From sequence record SRR20825010_4291: DNA of 64,000 bases; one strand, given 5' to 3'. The notes beneath the pieces are model-generated. The model searched no databases and had not been told where the DNA came from. It saw only the letters and a program-made list of their open reading frames with translations. Positions 1-8,460 of the stretch are shown piece by piece; position 1 is the stretch's first letter; every line of letters starts with the position of its first letter. The position numbers and the translations under genes are program-made.

Positions 1-615
1 TCCGTACCACCATTGTACTAAAGCATCTTGTACACCAGCGTACCATGAGTAACTTTTAAACATGGTTACTGGAATCTCAAAGGAGTTCACTACGTGCAAA
101 ACAGCAACGGTAACAAATGTGGCGATGTAAAACCAAATGGCTACATACATGTGGCGTTCTCTTCTTTTCAGAATCGTACCAATCATGTTGATACCAAACA
201 CCACCCAAATTATTGTAATCGCAATATCAATTGGCCATTCTAGCTCCGCATATTCCTTCGAGGTATTCATCCCCAATGGAAGTGTAATTACAGCAGCTAC
301 AATAATGAGTTGCCAGCCCCAGAAGTGGATCCAACTCAACATATCGCTAAACATGCGGGCTTTTAACAACCGCTGCATGGAGTAATACACCCCCGCAAAC
401 ATGGCATTACCCACAAATGCGAAAATTACCGCATTGGTGTGTAGCGGACGAATACGGCCAAAAGTGGTGAATTGAAGACCCAAATTAGCTTCGGGTAAAA
501 AAAGTTGGGTGGCCATTAAAATACCCACCAACATACCTATCAGCCCGAAAGTGACCGTGGCGATGACGAAGTATTTGACAATTTTGTTGTCGTACTTGAA
601 TTGCTGTAGTTCCAT
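1..615 (-). CDS. ccoN: cbb3-type cytochrome c oxidase subunit I (N-terminal part; runs off the window edge; often a CcoN-CcoO fusion in Bacteroidota)
   Basis: Not in the ORF track. Manual translation from ATG at 615: MELQQFKYDNKIVKYF...TFGRIRPLHTNAVIFAF...SKEYAELEWPID...VQDALVQWWYG, containing hallmark CcoN motifs. Confidence 0.95.
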   Translation of the reverse strand, partial: MELQQFKYDNKIVKYFVIATVTFGLIGMLVGILMATQLFLPEANLGLQFTTFGRIRPLHTNAVIFAFVGNAMFAGVYYSMQRLLKARMFSDMLSWIHFWGWQLIIVAAVITLPLGMNTSKEYAELEWPIDIAITIIWVVFGINMIGTILKRRERHMYVAIWFYIATFVTVAVLHVVNSFEIPVTMFKSYSWYAGVQDALVQWWYG

Positions 616-647
616 AGTTAAAAAGGCGTAGTTATTCCTAAACCTTT

Positions 648-713
648 GCAAGGTAGATTCAACAGCATAATTCCAACCTGACAGGTATTAGCCAAAAAGA
701 TGATATAAATCAG
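648..713 (-). promoter_or_regulatory. ccoN promoter: -7-like element plus two tandem Crp/Fnr-type boxes
   Basis: Minus-strand TACCTTGC at 648-655; TGAC-AGGT-ATTA at 679-690; TGAT-ATAA-ATCA at 701-712. Confidence 0.65.
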
Positions 714-858
714 GTTTTTGAATTTGGACATTAATCATCGCTTGAATCGCCAACCACAAAAATGGCTTTATATCATGGTCTATAATCGTTTGTTCAACGA
801 ATGATCAATTGAGTTTCAAAACTCTTTGTACCTTAACTTTTAAGTAAAAACTTCCCTC

Positions 859-1236
859 ATGAGAAATACGCTAAAACTTGAAGAAATCGGCCTGTTTATA
901 CTTTTCAGCCTAGTTTATTTCGAATTTTATGAAGGTGGATGGGTGCTTTTCGCCAGTTTATTCTTTGCGCCAGACTTGGCTTTTATCGCGATCGCGATTA
1001 ACAAAAAAGTAGCAACGATTGCTTACAATGCTGCCCACCACAAAGGCTTAATTTCGCTATTAATGATTATTGGCTACTTGCTCTCGAATGAACTGCTCAT
1101 TCTTATTGGGCTGATCTTTATGGCGCACTCTTGCTTCGATAGAATGCTCGGCTATGGATTAAAATACTTTGACAGCTTTGACCATACGCATCTGGGATGG
1201 ATGGGGAAAAGCAAGCATAAAAATCTGGAAGTTTAG
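859..1236 (+). CDS. DUF4260-like small membrane protein
   Basis: LKLEE start, APDL, YNAAHH, AHSCFDRMLGYGLKY..F.HTHLG motifs. Confidence 0.8.
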   Translation: MRNTLKLEEIGLFILFSLVYFEFYEGGWVLFASLFFAPDLAFIAIAINKKVATIAYNAAHHKGLISLLMIIGYLLSNELLILIGLIFMAHSCFDRMLGYGLKYFDSFDHTHLGWMGKSKHKNLEV

Positions 1237-1356
1237 TTAATGGTTATTAGGGATGAGTTATTGGGAAGGGCGATTTTCAACCATGAGTCTTCAATCGATT
1301 TATCTATAAATCTAATCAAAAAACCTTCTCCATAACTTCACAAGCTAATCACCCAA

Positions 1357-1375
1357 CCCCTTTTCCAAAAAGGGG
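1357..1375. terminator. Hairpin between convergent genes (possible terminator)
   Basis: CCCCTTTT-CCA-AAAAGGGG. Confidence 0.35.
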
Positions 1376-1452
1376 GAGAGCTCCGAATCAGCGATAGTTG
1401 TAATTATAAAATTAAGCCAAAAATGAACGATCAGTCTAGCAAGGCATGGTGA

Positions 1453-2796
1453 TTACACTGCCCGACTAAACAGCTTATTTCTGTTTTCTGGTTCGTAATA
1501 GGCATCGAAAAGGGCACAGATATTTCTGAGGAACATCATGCCTTTGGTGGTTACTTGGTAGTTGAGGCAGAAACGCTCTACTAAACCTTCTTCTACCATT
1601 TCATTGAAGGCCAAATACTTTTCGCTGTTCAAGGTCAATACATCTTGCATTTGAATGCGGGCACTGCAAGCAATATCAAGAATCAGTTTTTTGGCCTCCA
1701 TTTCTGGCGCAGTCATTAAATGGCCTTTGAATATTGGGAATTCACCGGCATCTACTTTAGCCCTGTAGCCTTCTACCGATTTCACATTTTGCGCATAGGC
1801 CACGCCAATATCCGATATGGACGACACGCCCAAACCAATCATAAAATTGGTTCTGGATTCGGTATAGCCCATAAAATTACGGTGCAGCCTTCCTTTACTT
1901 CTGGCTTGGCAAAGCGGATCTTCAGGCAAAGCAAAATGATCCATCCCAATGGATTCATAGCCCATGTCCTCCAACAATGCCTGCCCCAGCATATTCAATT
2001 TGTGTTTCTCTTCCCCCTCAGGAATATGCTCTTCAGAATAAGCCCTTTGACCAGGCTTTACCCAAGGCACATGCGCATAACTGTAAAAAGCAATGCGGTC
2101 GGGCATAAAGCTTTTCACCACATCCATGGTTTGTTTTATGCCATAAATGGTTTGAAAAGGCAAACCGTAAATCAGATCGAAATTAATGGAAGTATAACCA
2201 ATTTCTCTGGCCGCTTTGGTCACCTTTTCTATATTCTCCAAAGGCTGAAGTCTATTAATGGCCTTTTGCACTTTAAAGTCAACATCCTGAACGCCATAAC
2301 TCACGCGAGTAAAACCTACATCGTAAAGCGCCACCAAATGCTCGTAAGAAGTATTGTTGGGGTGACCTTCAAAACTAAATTGATAATCTGGATGAACATC
2401 AATAGTATCTAAGATGGACTCCATTAAATACCTCAAGTTTTCAGGAGAGAAGAACGTTGGAGTTCCTCCTCCCAAATGAATTTCTCGCACCAAAGGCTTC
2501 TTACCAAATAGGCCCAAATATAACTTCCACTCGTTAAGTAAAGATTCGATATAAGGTAATTCCACCTTATGATTAATGGTGATACGCGTATTACAACCAC
2601 AGTAAGTACAGAGCGATTCGCAATAAGGCAAATGTAAATAAAGGCTGATCCCCTCTTCTTTGGTTTGTTGAAAAGAAGCCTTTAGCCTTCCTTTATATTC
2701 TTCCAATTGAAAAGCATTTACATCCCAAGCCGGCACCGTTGGGTAGCTGGTGTAGCGAGGAACAGGCACATCGTATTTCTTCACTAAATCAATCAT
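1453..2796 (-). CDS. hemN: Oxygen-independent coproporphyrinogen III oxidase (radical SAM)
   Basis: PRYTSYPT, YLHLPYCESLCTYCGC (CxxxCxxC), GGGTP, RNFMGYT. Start moved to ATG 2796 (MIDLVKK), which overlaps the ccoS stop. Confidence 0.93.
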   Translation of the reverse strand: MIDLVKKYDVPVPRYTSYPTVPAWDVNAFQLEEYKGRLKASFQQTKEEGISLYLHLPYCESLCTYCGCNTRITINHKVELPYIESLLNEWKLYLGLFGKKPLVREIHLGGGTPTFFSPENLRYLMESILDTIDVHPDYQFSFEGHPNNTSYEHLVALYDVGFTRVSYGVQDVDFKVQKAINRLQPLENIEKVTKAAREIGYTSINFDLIYGLPFQTIYGIKQTMDVVKSFMPDRIAFYSYAHVPWVKPGQRAYSEEHIPEGEEKHKLNMLGQALLEDMGYESIGMDHFALPEDPLCQARSKGRLHRNFMGYTESRTNFMIGLGVSSISDIGVAYAQNVKSVEGYRAKVDAGEFPIFKGHLMTAPEMEAKKLILDIACSARIQMQDVLTLNSEKYLAFNEMVEEGLVERFCLNYQVTTKGMMFLRNICALFDAYYEPENRNKLFSRAV

Positions 2797-2959
2797 CTTT
2801 GGCCTCCTTTTCTTTTTTAACGCGGTCTTCAAATAACATTCTCACAGATGGAGAGTAGGTATCATCGAACTGCCCAGATTTAACCGCCCAGAAAAAGGCA
2901 GCTAAAAAGACAATAGCGACAACCAAACTGACCAAGATGAGCACAAGTATGACCGACAT
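2789..2959 (-). CDS. ccoS: cbb3-type cytochrome oxidase assembly protein CcoS/FixS (56 aa)
   Basis: Below the ORF-track size cutoff. Manual translation MSVILVLILVSLVVAIVFLAAFFWAVKSGQFDDTYSPSVRMLFEDRVKKEKEAKDD has the W..KSGQFDD motif and lies directly after ccoI. Confidence 0.92.
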   Translation of the reverse strand: MSVILVLILVSLVVAIVFLAAFFWAVKSGQFDDTYSPSVRMLFEDRVKKEKEAKDD

Positions 2960-2961
2960 AT

Positions 2962-5373
2962 TTATTTAAGTTTTATTTTTTTCGAAATCAGGTTAATAGA
3001 CACAGTGGTGAAAACCACTATAGAAATACTGCTTAGCGGCATAAGAATGGCCGCAACGAGAGGCGTTAACTCTCCAGCTACAGCAAAACTTATCCCAATG
3101 CCATTGTAGAGTAAAGACAAGATGAAACTAGCTAAAATGACATTTCTTCCCTCGTGAGCAAGCTTGATGAATTTATGTAAATCCATCAAGTTGGATGCTT
3201 TTAAAATAGCATCACTGGCGGGAGAAAAGAGCGATACATCCTCAGTAATGGCAATACCCACCTTACTTTGCTGTAATGCACCAGCATCATTTAGACCATC
3301 GCCCAACATGATTACTTCATTACCATTGGCTTGAACTTCTTTGATGGCCTTGAGTTTGTCTTCGGGGCTTTGGTTAAAGCGTAAAGCTGAACTTGCCGGA
3401 AACATAGATTTTAAACGTTCGGCTTCTTTATCGTTATCGCCAGAAAGTACCTGAAACTTGAATTTATCTTTCAATGCGTCCAGCAAAACACTCAATCCTT
3501 TTCTATAAGTCGCTTCAAAACTGAAGTAGCCTTTATAGTCATCGCCTATGCTTAGATGTACCTGAGTGGCATTGTTTTGAGTGTTTGTTTCTACTCCTAA
3601 AAATTTGGCAGAGCCAACCTTAACAGTCAAACCACTAACCACAGCCACAAAGCCCTTGCCCTCTATTTCATCAAAAGACTCTATGCTGTAATCGAAACCT
3701 TTGGCTTCGGTAAACTGCTTTATCCAACGACTCAAGGGATGTGTACTACTAGCTACTGCTGTATTGATAAGCGCTTTTTCAGCTTCAGAAAGTTCTTCTC
3801 CACAAAATTTTAAAGCTTCACCCTGTGTTTCGGTAATCGTCCCTGTTTTATCGAAAACGATTGTGTTAGTAGCGTTCAGTTTTTCAATAACATCTGCATT
3901 TTTCAGGTAGAAATGATTTCTCCCAAAAACACGCATGATACTGCCCATGGTGAATGGCGTAGAAAGTGCCAAAGCACAAGGGCAAGCAATAATTAGGACA
4001 GCTGTAAACACGAGCCAAGTTTGACTTGGGTCTGTCAGTTGCCAAAAAATAGCCGAGCCAAAGGCAATCAGAAGTATAACTAGCGTAAAGTAGCGACTTA
4101 CTTTATCGACCAGCTTAGTGTGGGTTTCCTTTTCTCCAAAGGCATCGTTATTCCAAAGTTGCGTGAGGTAACTCTGCGAAACTTCTTTCTGAACGATAAA
4201 GCGAACCTGTTTTCCCACTTGTCTTCCACCAGCATAAACATAATCACCTTTTTTACGCGCTACAGGCACCGATTCTCCTGTTACAAAACTGTAATCTATA
4301 GAAGCGTAATCGTCAATTAATATGGCATCGGCAGGGAGCACTTCCCCATTTCTGAGCATCACTTCATCGCCTTTCTTCAACTCCTTAACAGGTACTGGGG
4401 CAAAAACATCATTAATTTTCTTTTGAACCGCTAGTGGGAAGTAAGATTGGTAATCTCGATCGAATGAAAGCGCAGCGTAAGTTTTACCCTGGAACCATTT
4501 CCCTATGAGAAGAAAAAACACCAACCCGACCAAAGAATCTAAATAACCAGGACCAACATCTGCAATAACTTCATAGCTGCTTCGAACAAAGAGCGCCAAT
4601 AAACCGATGGCAATTGGCACGTCTATGTTGGCGAATTTTTGCTTTGCACTCTTTAATGCCGAAGTGAAATATTCGTCTCCAGCATAAAAAACGACTGGAA
4701 TAGAAAGTGCTAAGTTTAAATACCTGAAAAAACCTCGGTAATCCTCTTCAATACCTACTATACCCAAATAATCAGGAAAACTGAGCAACATTACATTACC
4801 AAAACAGAAACCAGCAATCCCCATTTTAATGAGTAATTGTTTATCAAAAGCCCTTTGTGGTTTTTTAGATTGGTCTGAATCTTTCAAGTTAATCTGCGGG
4901 CCATAACCAATCGAATCGAGCATTTCGGCCAATTGCCTTAAGCTCATTTCATCCGACTTATAATTGACCGTCAGTTTCTTTGATGAAAAGTTAATTGATG
5001 AATCAAGCACCGCTGTGCTCAAGCGATCTAGGCTTTCGAGCAACCAAATACATGAACTACAATGTACATTGGGAATGTGTAGTGTAGCTCTTTGAAAACC
5101 TTCGCCTTCAAAATCTAACACTTCTCTTTTAATGGATTCATTGTCCAAAAAATCGAAGATGGAATGCTCTGCTTTATCTTTGACAGTAAACCCTGGGGTG
5201 TTTTCCATGGCGTAATAATCACAGAGATCATTGCTACTTAAAATTTCATATACCGTTTTACAGCCGTTGCAACAGAAGTTATGCTCTTCAAAGGTCAATT
5301 TCCCTTCAAGGCAATCTTCTCCACAGTGATAGCACTTGGTTTCTGGTTTCGCTATGGATTTTACTGAACTCAA
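2962..5373 (-). CDS. ccoI: Heavy-metal (Cu) P1B-type ATPase, CcoI/FixI type
   Basis: N-terminal CYHCG..FCCNGC, HMA CSSC, TGES, CPCAL, DKTGT, GDGLND; adjacent to ccoS and hemN. Confidence 0.9.
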   Translation of the reverse strand: MSSVKSIAKPETKCYHCGEDCLEGKLTFEEHNFCCNGCKTVYEILSSNDLCDYYAMENTPGFTVKDKAEHSIFDFLDNESIKREVLDFEGEGFQRATLHIPNVHCSSCIWLLESLDRLSTAVLDSSINFSSKKLTVNYKSDEMSLRQLAEMLDSIGYGPQINLKDSDQSKKPQRAFDKQLLIKMGIAGFCFGNVMLLSFPDYLGIVGIEEDYRGFFRYLNLALSIPVVFYAGDEYFTSALKSAKQKFANIDVPIAIGLLALFVRSSYEVIADVGPGYLDSLVGLVFFLLIGKWFQGKTYAALSFDRDYQSYFPLAVQKKINDVFAPVPVKELKKGDEVMLRNGEVLPADAILIDDYASIDYSFVTGESVPVARKKGDYVYAGGRQVGKQVRFIVQKEVSQSYLTQLWNNDAFGEKETHTKLVDKVSRYFTLVILLIAFGSAIFWQLTDPSQTWLVFTAVLIIACPCALALSTPFTMGSIMRVFGRNHFYLKNADVIEKLNATNTIVFDKTGTITETQGEALKFCGEELSEAEKALINTAVASSTHPLSRWIKQFTEAKGFDYSIESFDEIEGKGFVAVVSGLTVKVGSAKFLGVETNTQNNATQVHLSIGDDYKGYFSFEATYRKGLSVLLDALKDKFKFQVLSGDNDKEAERLKSMFPASSALRFNQSPEDKLKAIKEVQANGNEVIMLGDGLNDAGALQQSKVGIAITEDVSLFSPASDAILKASNLMDLHKFIKLAHEGRNVILASFILSLLYNGIGISFAVAGELTPLVAAILMPLSSISIVVFTTVSINLISKKIKLK

Positions 5374-6161
5374 TTCTTATAGATGAATAACGGTGAGTTT
5401 TTCGCTCTACAGTCAGCAGTACTTTTTGGGCAGGTCAATATTTCTTGGCCTAAATTACAGCCCGTTAAAATCATCGCTTTGTCGGTATCAGCATTTAGCT
5501 CATTAAAAAATTCATTTATCGGCTCTTCTACCATTAGTTGCATCCCAACATTAGGAAAGGCCATTTTGAGGTAGTCAACAAAGAATTTTTCGTTCTCGGA
5601 TTGCTTTTCGTCTTCTGGAAAATTGAACAATACTGAAAGCGGAAGTTCAGCCAAATCAGGCTTGAAAATTTTTAAAAAATCTTTAACGATCTGCAGTGAG
5701 TGGTGCTCAGGTTCGTGCACCATGATTAAGCGTCTTACTTTGGCACTCTCTGGTAAAACCAAAATTGGACAATTCACTTTTTGAATCAATTTTATCAATT
5801 CATTCCAGCCATTTTGATTTACAAAAACAGAGGAGTCTACAATAAACAAATCTGCAACGCCAGAAAGACCAGCTAGACTTGCCTCGTTAAGTTCAGACTT
5901 AAATACGTCAACGGTTACATTGGATGGAACAGCCAACTCTTCAACTTTCAACTCGAATTCCACCTTCCTCAGTAAATTCAAAGAGTTTGAAGAGCGACTT
6001 GAGAGCTTAATAGCATCAATCAGTTCGCTTTCCGCGCCTTCATCTACACATAAGAAAGTCAAGAAATATTCATTCAATGGATTTAAGAACCCCTCTATTC
6101 TTTGATAGAACACCCCTAAGTCGCTGTGAACTCCTGCCCCGATTAAAATCTTCTGTTTCAA
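5370..6161 (-). CDS. Hypothetical protein, possibly a degenerate universal-stress-protein-like fold
   Basis: ADLFIV and VNCPILVLP resemble USP strands; TTG start; overlaps the ccoI start by 4 nt. Confidence 0.5.
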   Translation of the reverse strand: MKQKILIGAGVHSDLGVFYQRIEGFLNPLNEYFLTFLCVDEGAESELIDAIKLSSRSSNSLNLLRKVEFELKVEELAVPSNVTVDVFKSELNEASLAGLSGVADLFIVDSSVFVNQNGWNELIKLIQKVNCPILVLPESAKVRRLIMVHEPEHHSLQIVKDFLKIFKPDLAELPLSVLFNFPEDEKQSENEKFFVDYLKMAFPNVGMQLMVEEPINEFFNELNADTDKAMILTGCNLGQEILTCPKSTADCRAKNSPLFIYKN

Positions 6162-6188
6162 AACCCTTAATTCAGATTACTACTGAAA

Positions 6189-6254
6189 CAAAGGTAAATT
6201 TAAGTATCTCGGATTGGATTGATACGCATCAGAGAAAACAATGACAAAAGTCAT
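6189..6254 (-). promoter_or_regulatory. Promoter of the USP-like/ccoI/ccoS/hemN operon: TAnnTTTG element plus two tandem Crp/Fnr boxes
   Basis: Minus-strand TACCTTTG at 6189-6196; TGAT-ACGC-ATCA at 6220-6231; TGAC-AAAA-GTCA at 6242-6253. Confidence 0.7.
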
Positions 6255-6259
6255 GTTTT

Positions 6260-6979
6260 CTAGCCATAGAAATCTGCCTCATGCAACAACTTATCGGCAT
6301 CGAGAACTTTGATTTTCTTTCCTTCCAAAGCGATCATTTTGTCTGACTTGAATTCGGAAAGTAATCTAATTACGGTTTCAGTGGCAGTACCGACAATATT
6401 GGCCAAATCTTCTCTGCTCAATACGATATCAATGACTTCGCTGCCCTCTCCTTCCATACCGTAAGTTTCCTTCAGCATAAGGATTGTAGCCGCTAATCTC
6501 TCCCTTACTGATTTTTGTGATAGCTGTGCTAGTTTAGTTTCCATCACACCTAGCTCATGACAAACGGCTTTCATTAGCTTGCCAAAAAATTCTGGATTAG
6601 AATGAAGCACTTTTAAAAAATCACTTTTTGGAATAAAACAGATGGCTGCTGCTTCTAATACAGTTGCAGAGGCACCATAAAATTCTTCACTCAACAATGA
6701 CCTATAGCCAAGAAAATCACCTTTCTGGGCAATGAAAAGGATTTGTTCCTTTCCGTTAGAACCCATTTTAAACACTTTAACCTTTCCACTATTGATACAG
6801 AAAATCCCCATAGGCCGGGTTCCTTCATAAAATAAAGTCTGGTTTTTTTTATATGTAACACATGATTTGTGTTCACTCAAAATCTCTAAATCTTCATCTT
6901 TCAGATTCGAGAAATGAGAATCACCTCTAGATTGACATGCAATACATTGGAGCTGAACTTTCGTGTTTTTTAAAGACAT
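6260..6979 (-). CDS. Crp/Fnr family transcriptional regulator
   Basis: N-terminal CxxC, cNMP-binding barrel (SGKVKVFK..GKEQIL), C-terminal HTH LSREDLANIVGTATETVIRLLSEF. Confidence 0.93.
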   Translation of the reverse strand: MSLKNTKVQLQCIACQSRGDSHFSNLKDEDLEILSEHKSCVTYKKNQTLFYEGTRPMGIFCINSGKVKVFKMGSNGKEQILFIAQKGDFLGYRSLLSEEFYGASATVLEAAAICFIPKSDFLKVLHSNPEFFGKLMKAVCHELGVMETKLAQLSQKSVRERLAATILMLKETYGMEGEGSEVIDIVLSREDLANIVGTATETVIRLLSEFKSDKMIALEGKKIKVLDADKLLHEADFYG

Positions 6980-7046
6980 AAGAAATAGCGATTACATCTA
7001 AAGATATAGAAGTATTAAAGGATAAACAAGGGTCACTTTCAATAAC

Positions 7047-7940
7047 CTACCCAAGCAATTGCCCCACTCCAAACAACACTACATAGAGCAAGGTAGTCAA
7101 GGCCATTTGCTTTAAAAACGGGTCGAGTTTAGACGATTCAGTATGTGTTTTAACGGCCTTGGCATTCTTAATTAACCCAGGCAAAGCCAAAACAATGATG
7201 AATTGCCAATAACTGGTGTAGTTCATCAAAATATAGGTCAATCCTAAAATAAAACCCATCCCTAATAAAAACCAATGGTAGAATACGGCCTTCTTTCTCC
7301 CAATTCTTACTGGAATAGAAATTTTCCCTGCTTCTTTGTCCGATTCAATGTCACGGATATTGTTCACATTCAGTACTCCAACTGAAAAAAGGCCAGTCGA
7401 AATGGCGGGAAGCAGGTACTCCCATTTCAATTCTTGCTCATACAAATAGGCAGAACCCATTACGCCTACAAAGCCAAAAAAGATCAATACGCTGATATCG
7501 CCCAGGCCAATATACCCATAGGGCTTATAGCCGGCAGTGTAAGTAATGGCGGCAAGAATGGCCAAAACGCCCAGTCCTAAAAAGAATCCAAATACCTCTG
7601 GCGACCAGCCGAAAGCCAAATAAATCAAGCCAATACCCGAAAGAAGTGACAGTGTAGAAAAGAGGATTATTGCATTACGCATGGCCTTCAAGGAAATAAC
7701 GCCAGACTGAACTGCTCTTGATGGCCCTGTTCTTTTGTAACTATCTGCTCCGTGAACAGAATCACCATAGTCGTTGGCTAAATTTGAAAGTACTTGAAGT
7801 AGAATGGTGGTGAGTGCACAAAGGGCGAAAACTCCTCCCTTAAAATGACCAGCAGAGGCTGCTAAAAATGTCCCCATCCCTATACTGGCCAGGGCCAAAG
7901 GAAGCGTACGTAGCCTAAAAGCTTTTACCCAATGTTTCAT
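7047..7940 (-). CDS. menA: 1,4-dihydroxy-2-naphthoate polyprenyltransferase
   Basis: R.RTLPLA, NLANDYGD...GAD, NNIRDIESD..AGK; multi-TM UbiA family. Confidence 0.92.
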   Translation of the reverse strand: MKHWVKAFRLRTLPLALASIGMGTFLAASAGHFKGGVFALCALTTILLQVLSNLANDYGDSVHGADSYKRTGPSRAVQSGVISLKAMRNAIILFSTLSLLSGIGLIYLAFGWSPEVFGFFLGLGVLAILAAITYTAGYKPYGYIGLGDISVLIFFGFVGVMGSAYLYEQELKWEYLLPAISTGLFSVGVLNVNNIRDIESDKEAGKISIPVRIGRKKAVFYHWFLLGMGFILGLTYILMNYTSYWQFIIVLALPGLIKNAKAVKTHTESSKLDPFLKQMALTTLLYVVLFGVGQLLG

Positions 7941-7946
7941 TTTAAT

Positions 7947-8459
7947 TTATAAAGCTTCAGTAATGGCCTCGTCCATTGGGTTTACCGATGAAGGGAAGAA
8001 CGCGACTACTTTCCCTTTCTCATCAATTAAGTATTTGTTGAAATTCCAGCTAGGTGCTTTACCCGACTCTTTCTCCAACCACTCATAAAGCGGTGCCTTG
8101 TCCTTTCCGAGTACTGAAATCTTTTCGAACATTTGAAAAGTAACACCAAATTTGGCGGTGCAGAATTGTTGAATCGTTAAGTTCGAGCCTGGTTCTTGTC
8201 CGCCAAAGTTATTGGCAGGAAAACCCAAAACCACAATCTTATCTCCGTAAGTCTCGTGCAAATTCTGAAGGTCTTCGTATTGCGGAGTAAATCCACATTC
8301 AGAAGCTACATTTACTACCAGTACCTTTTTGCCTTTAAACTCACTCAAAGAAATTTCTTTTCCTTCAATGGTCTTCATTTTAAAATCGTAGAAAGTCATT
8401 TCTTTAGGTTTTGGGTTGAAGATATTCAGCAATAAAAATAGGCTAAGACAGAAGTTCAT
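7947..8459 (-). CDS. Glutathione peroxidase family protein
   Basis: VNVASECGFTPQY, LGFPANNFGGQEPG, WNFNKYLID. Confidence 0.92.
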   Translation of the reverse strand: MNFCLSLFLLLNIFNPKPKEMTFYDFKMKTIEGKEISLSEFKGKKVLVVNVASECGFTPQYEDLQNLHETYGDKIVVLGFPANNFGGQEPGSNLTIQQFCTAKFGVTFQMFEKISVLGKDKAPLYEWLEKESGKAPSWNFNKYLIDEKGKVVAFFPSSVNPMDEAITEAL

Positions 8460-8460
8460 A

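Noticed and set aside
137-385. 82-aa plus-strand ORF
   Set aside because: Antisense shadow of ccoN.
1720-2412. 230-aa plus-strand ORF, and similar shadows such as 26557-27129, 17000-17404 and 38330-38737
   Set aside because: They lie fully antisense to well-supported genes and have no recognisable motifs.
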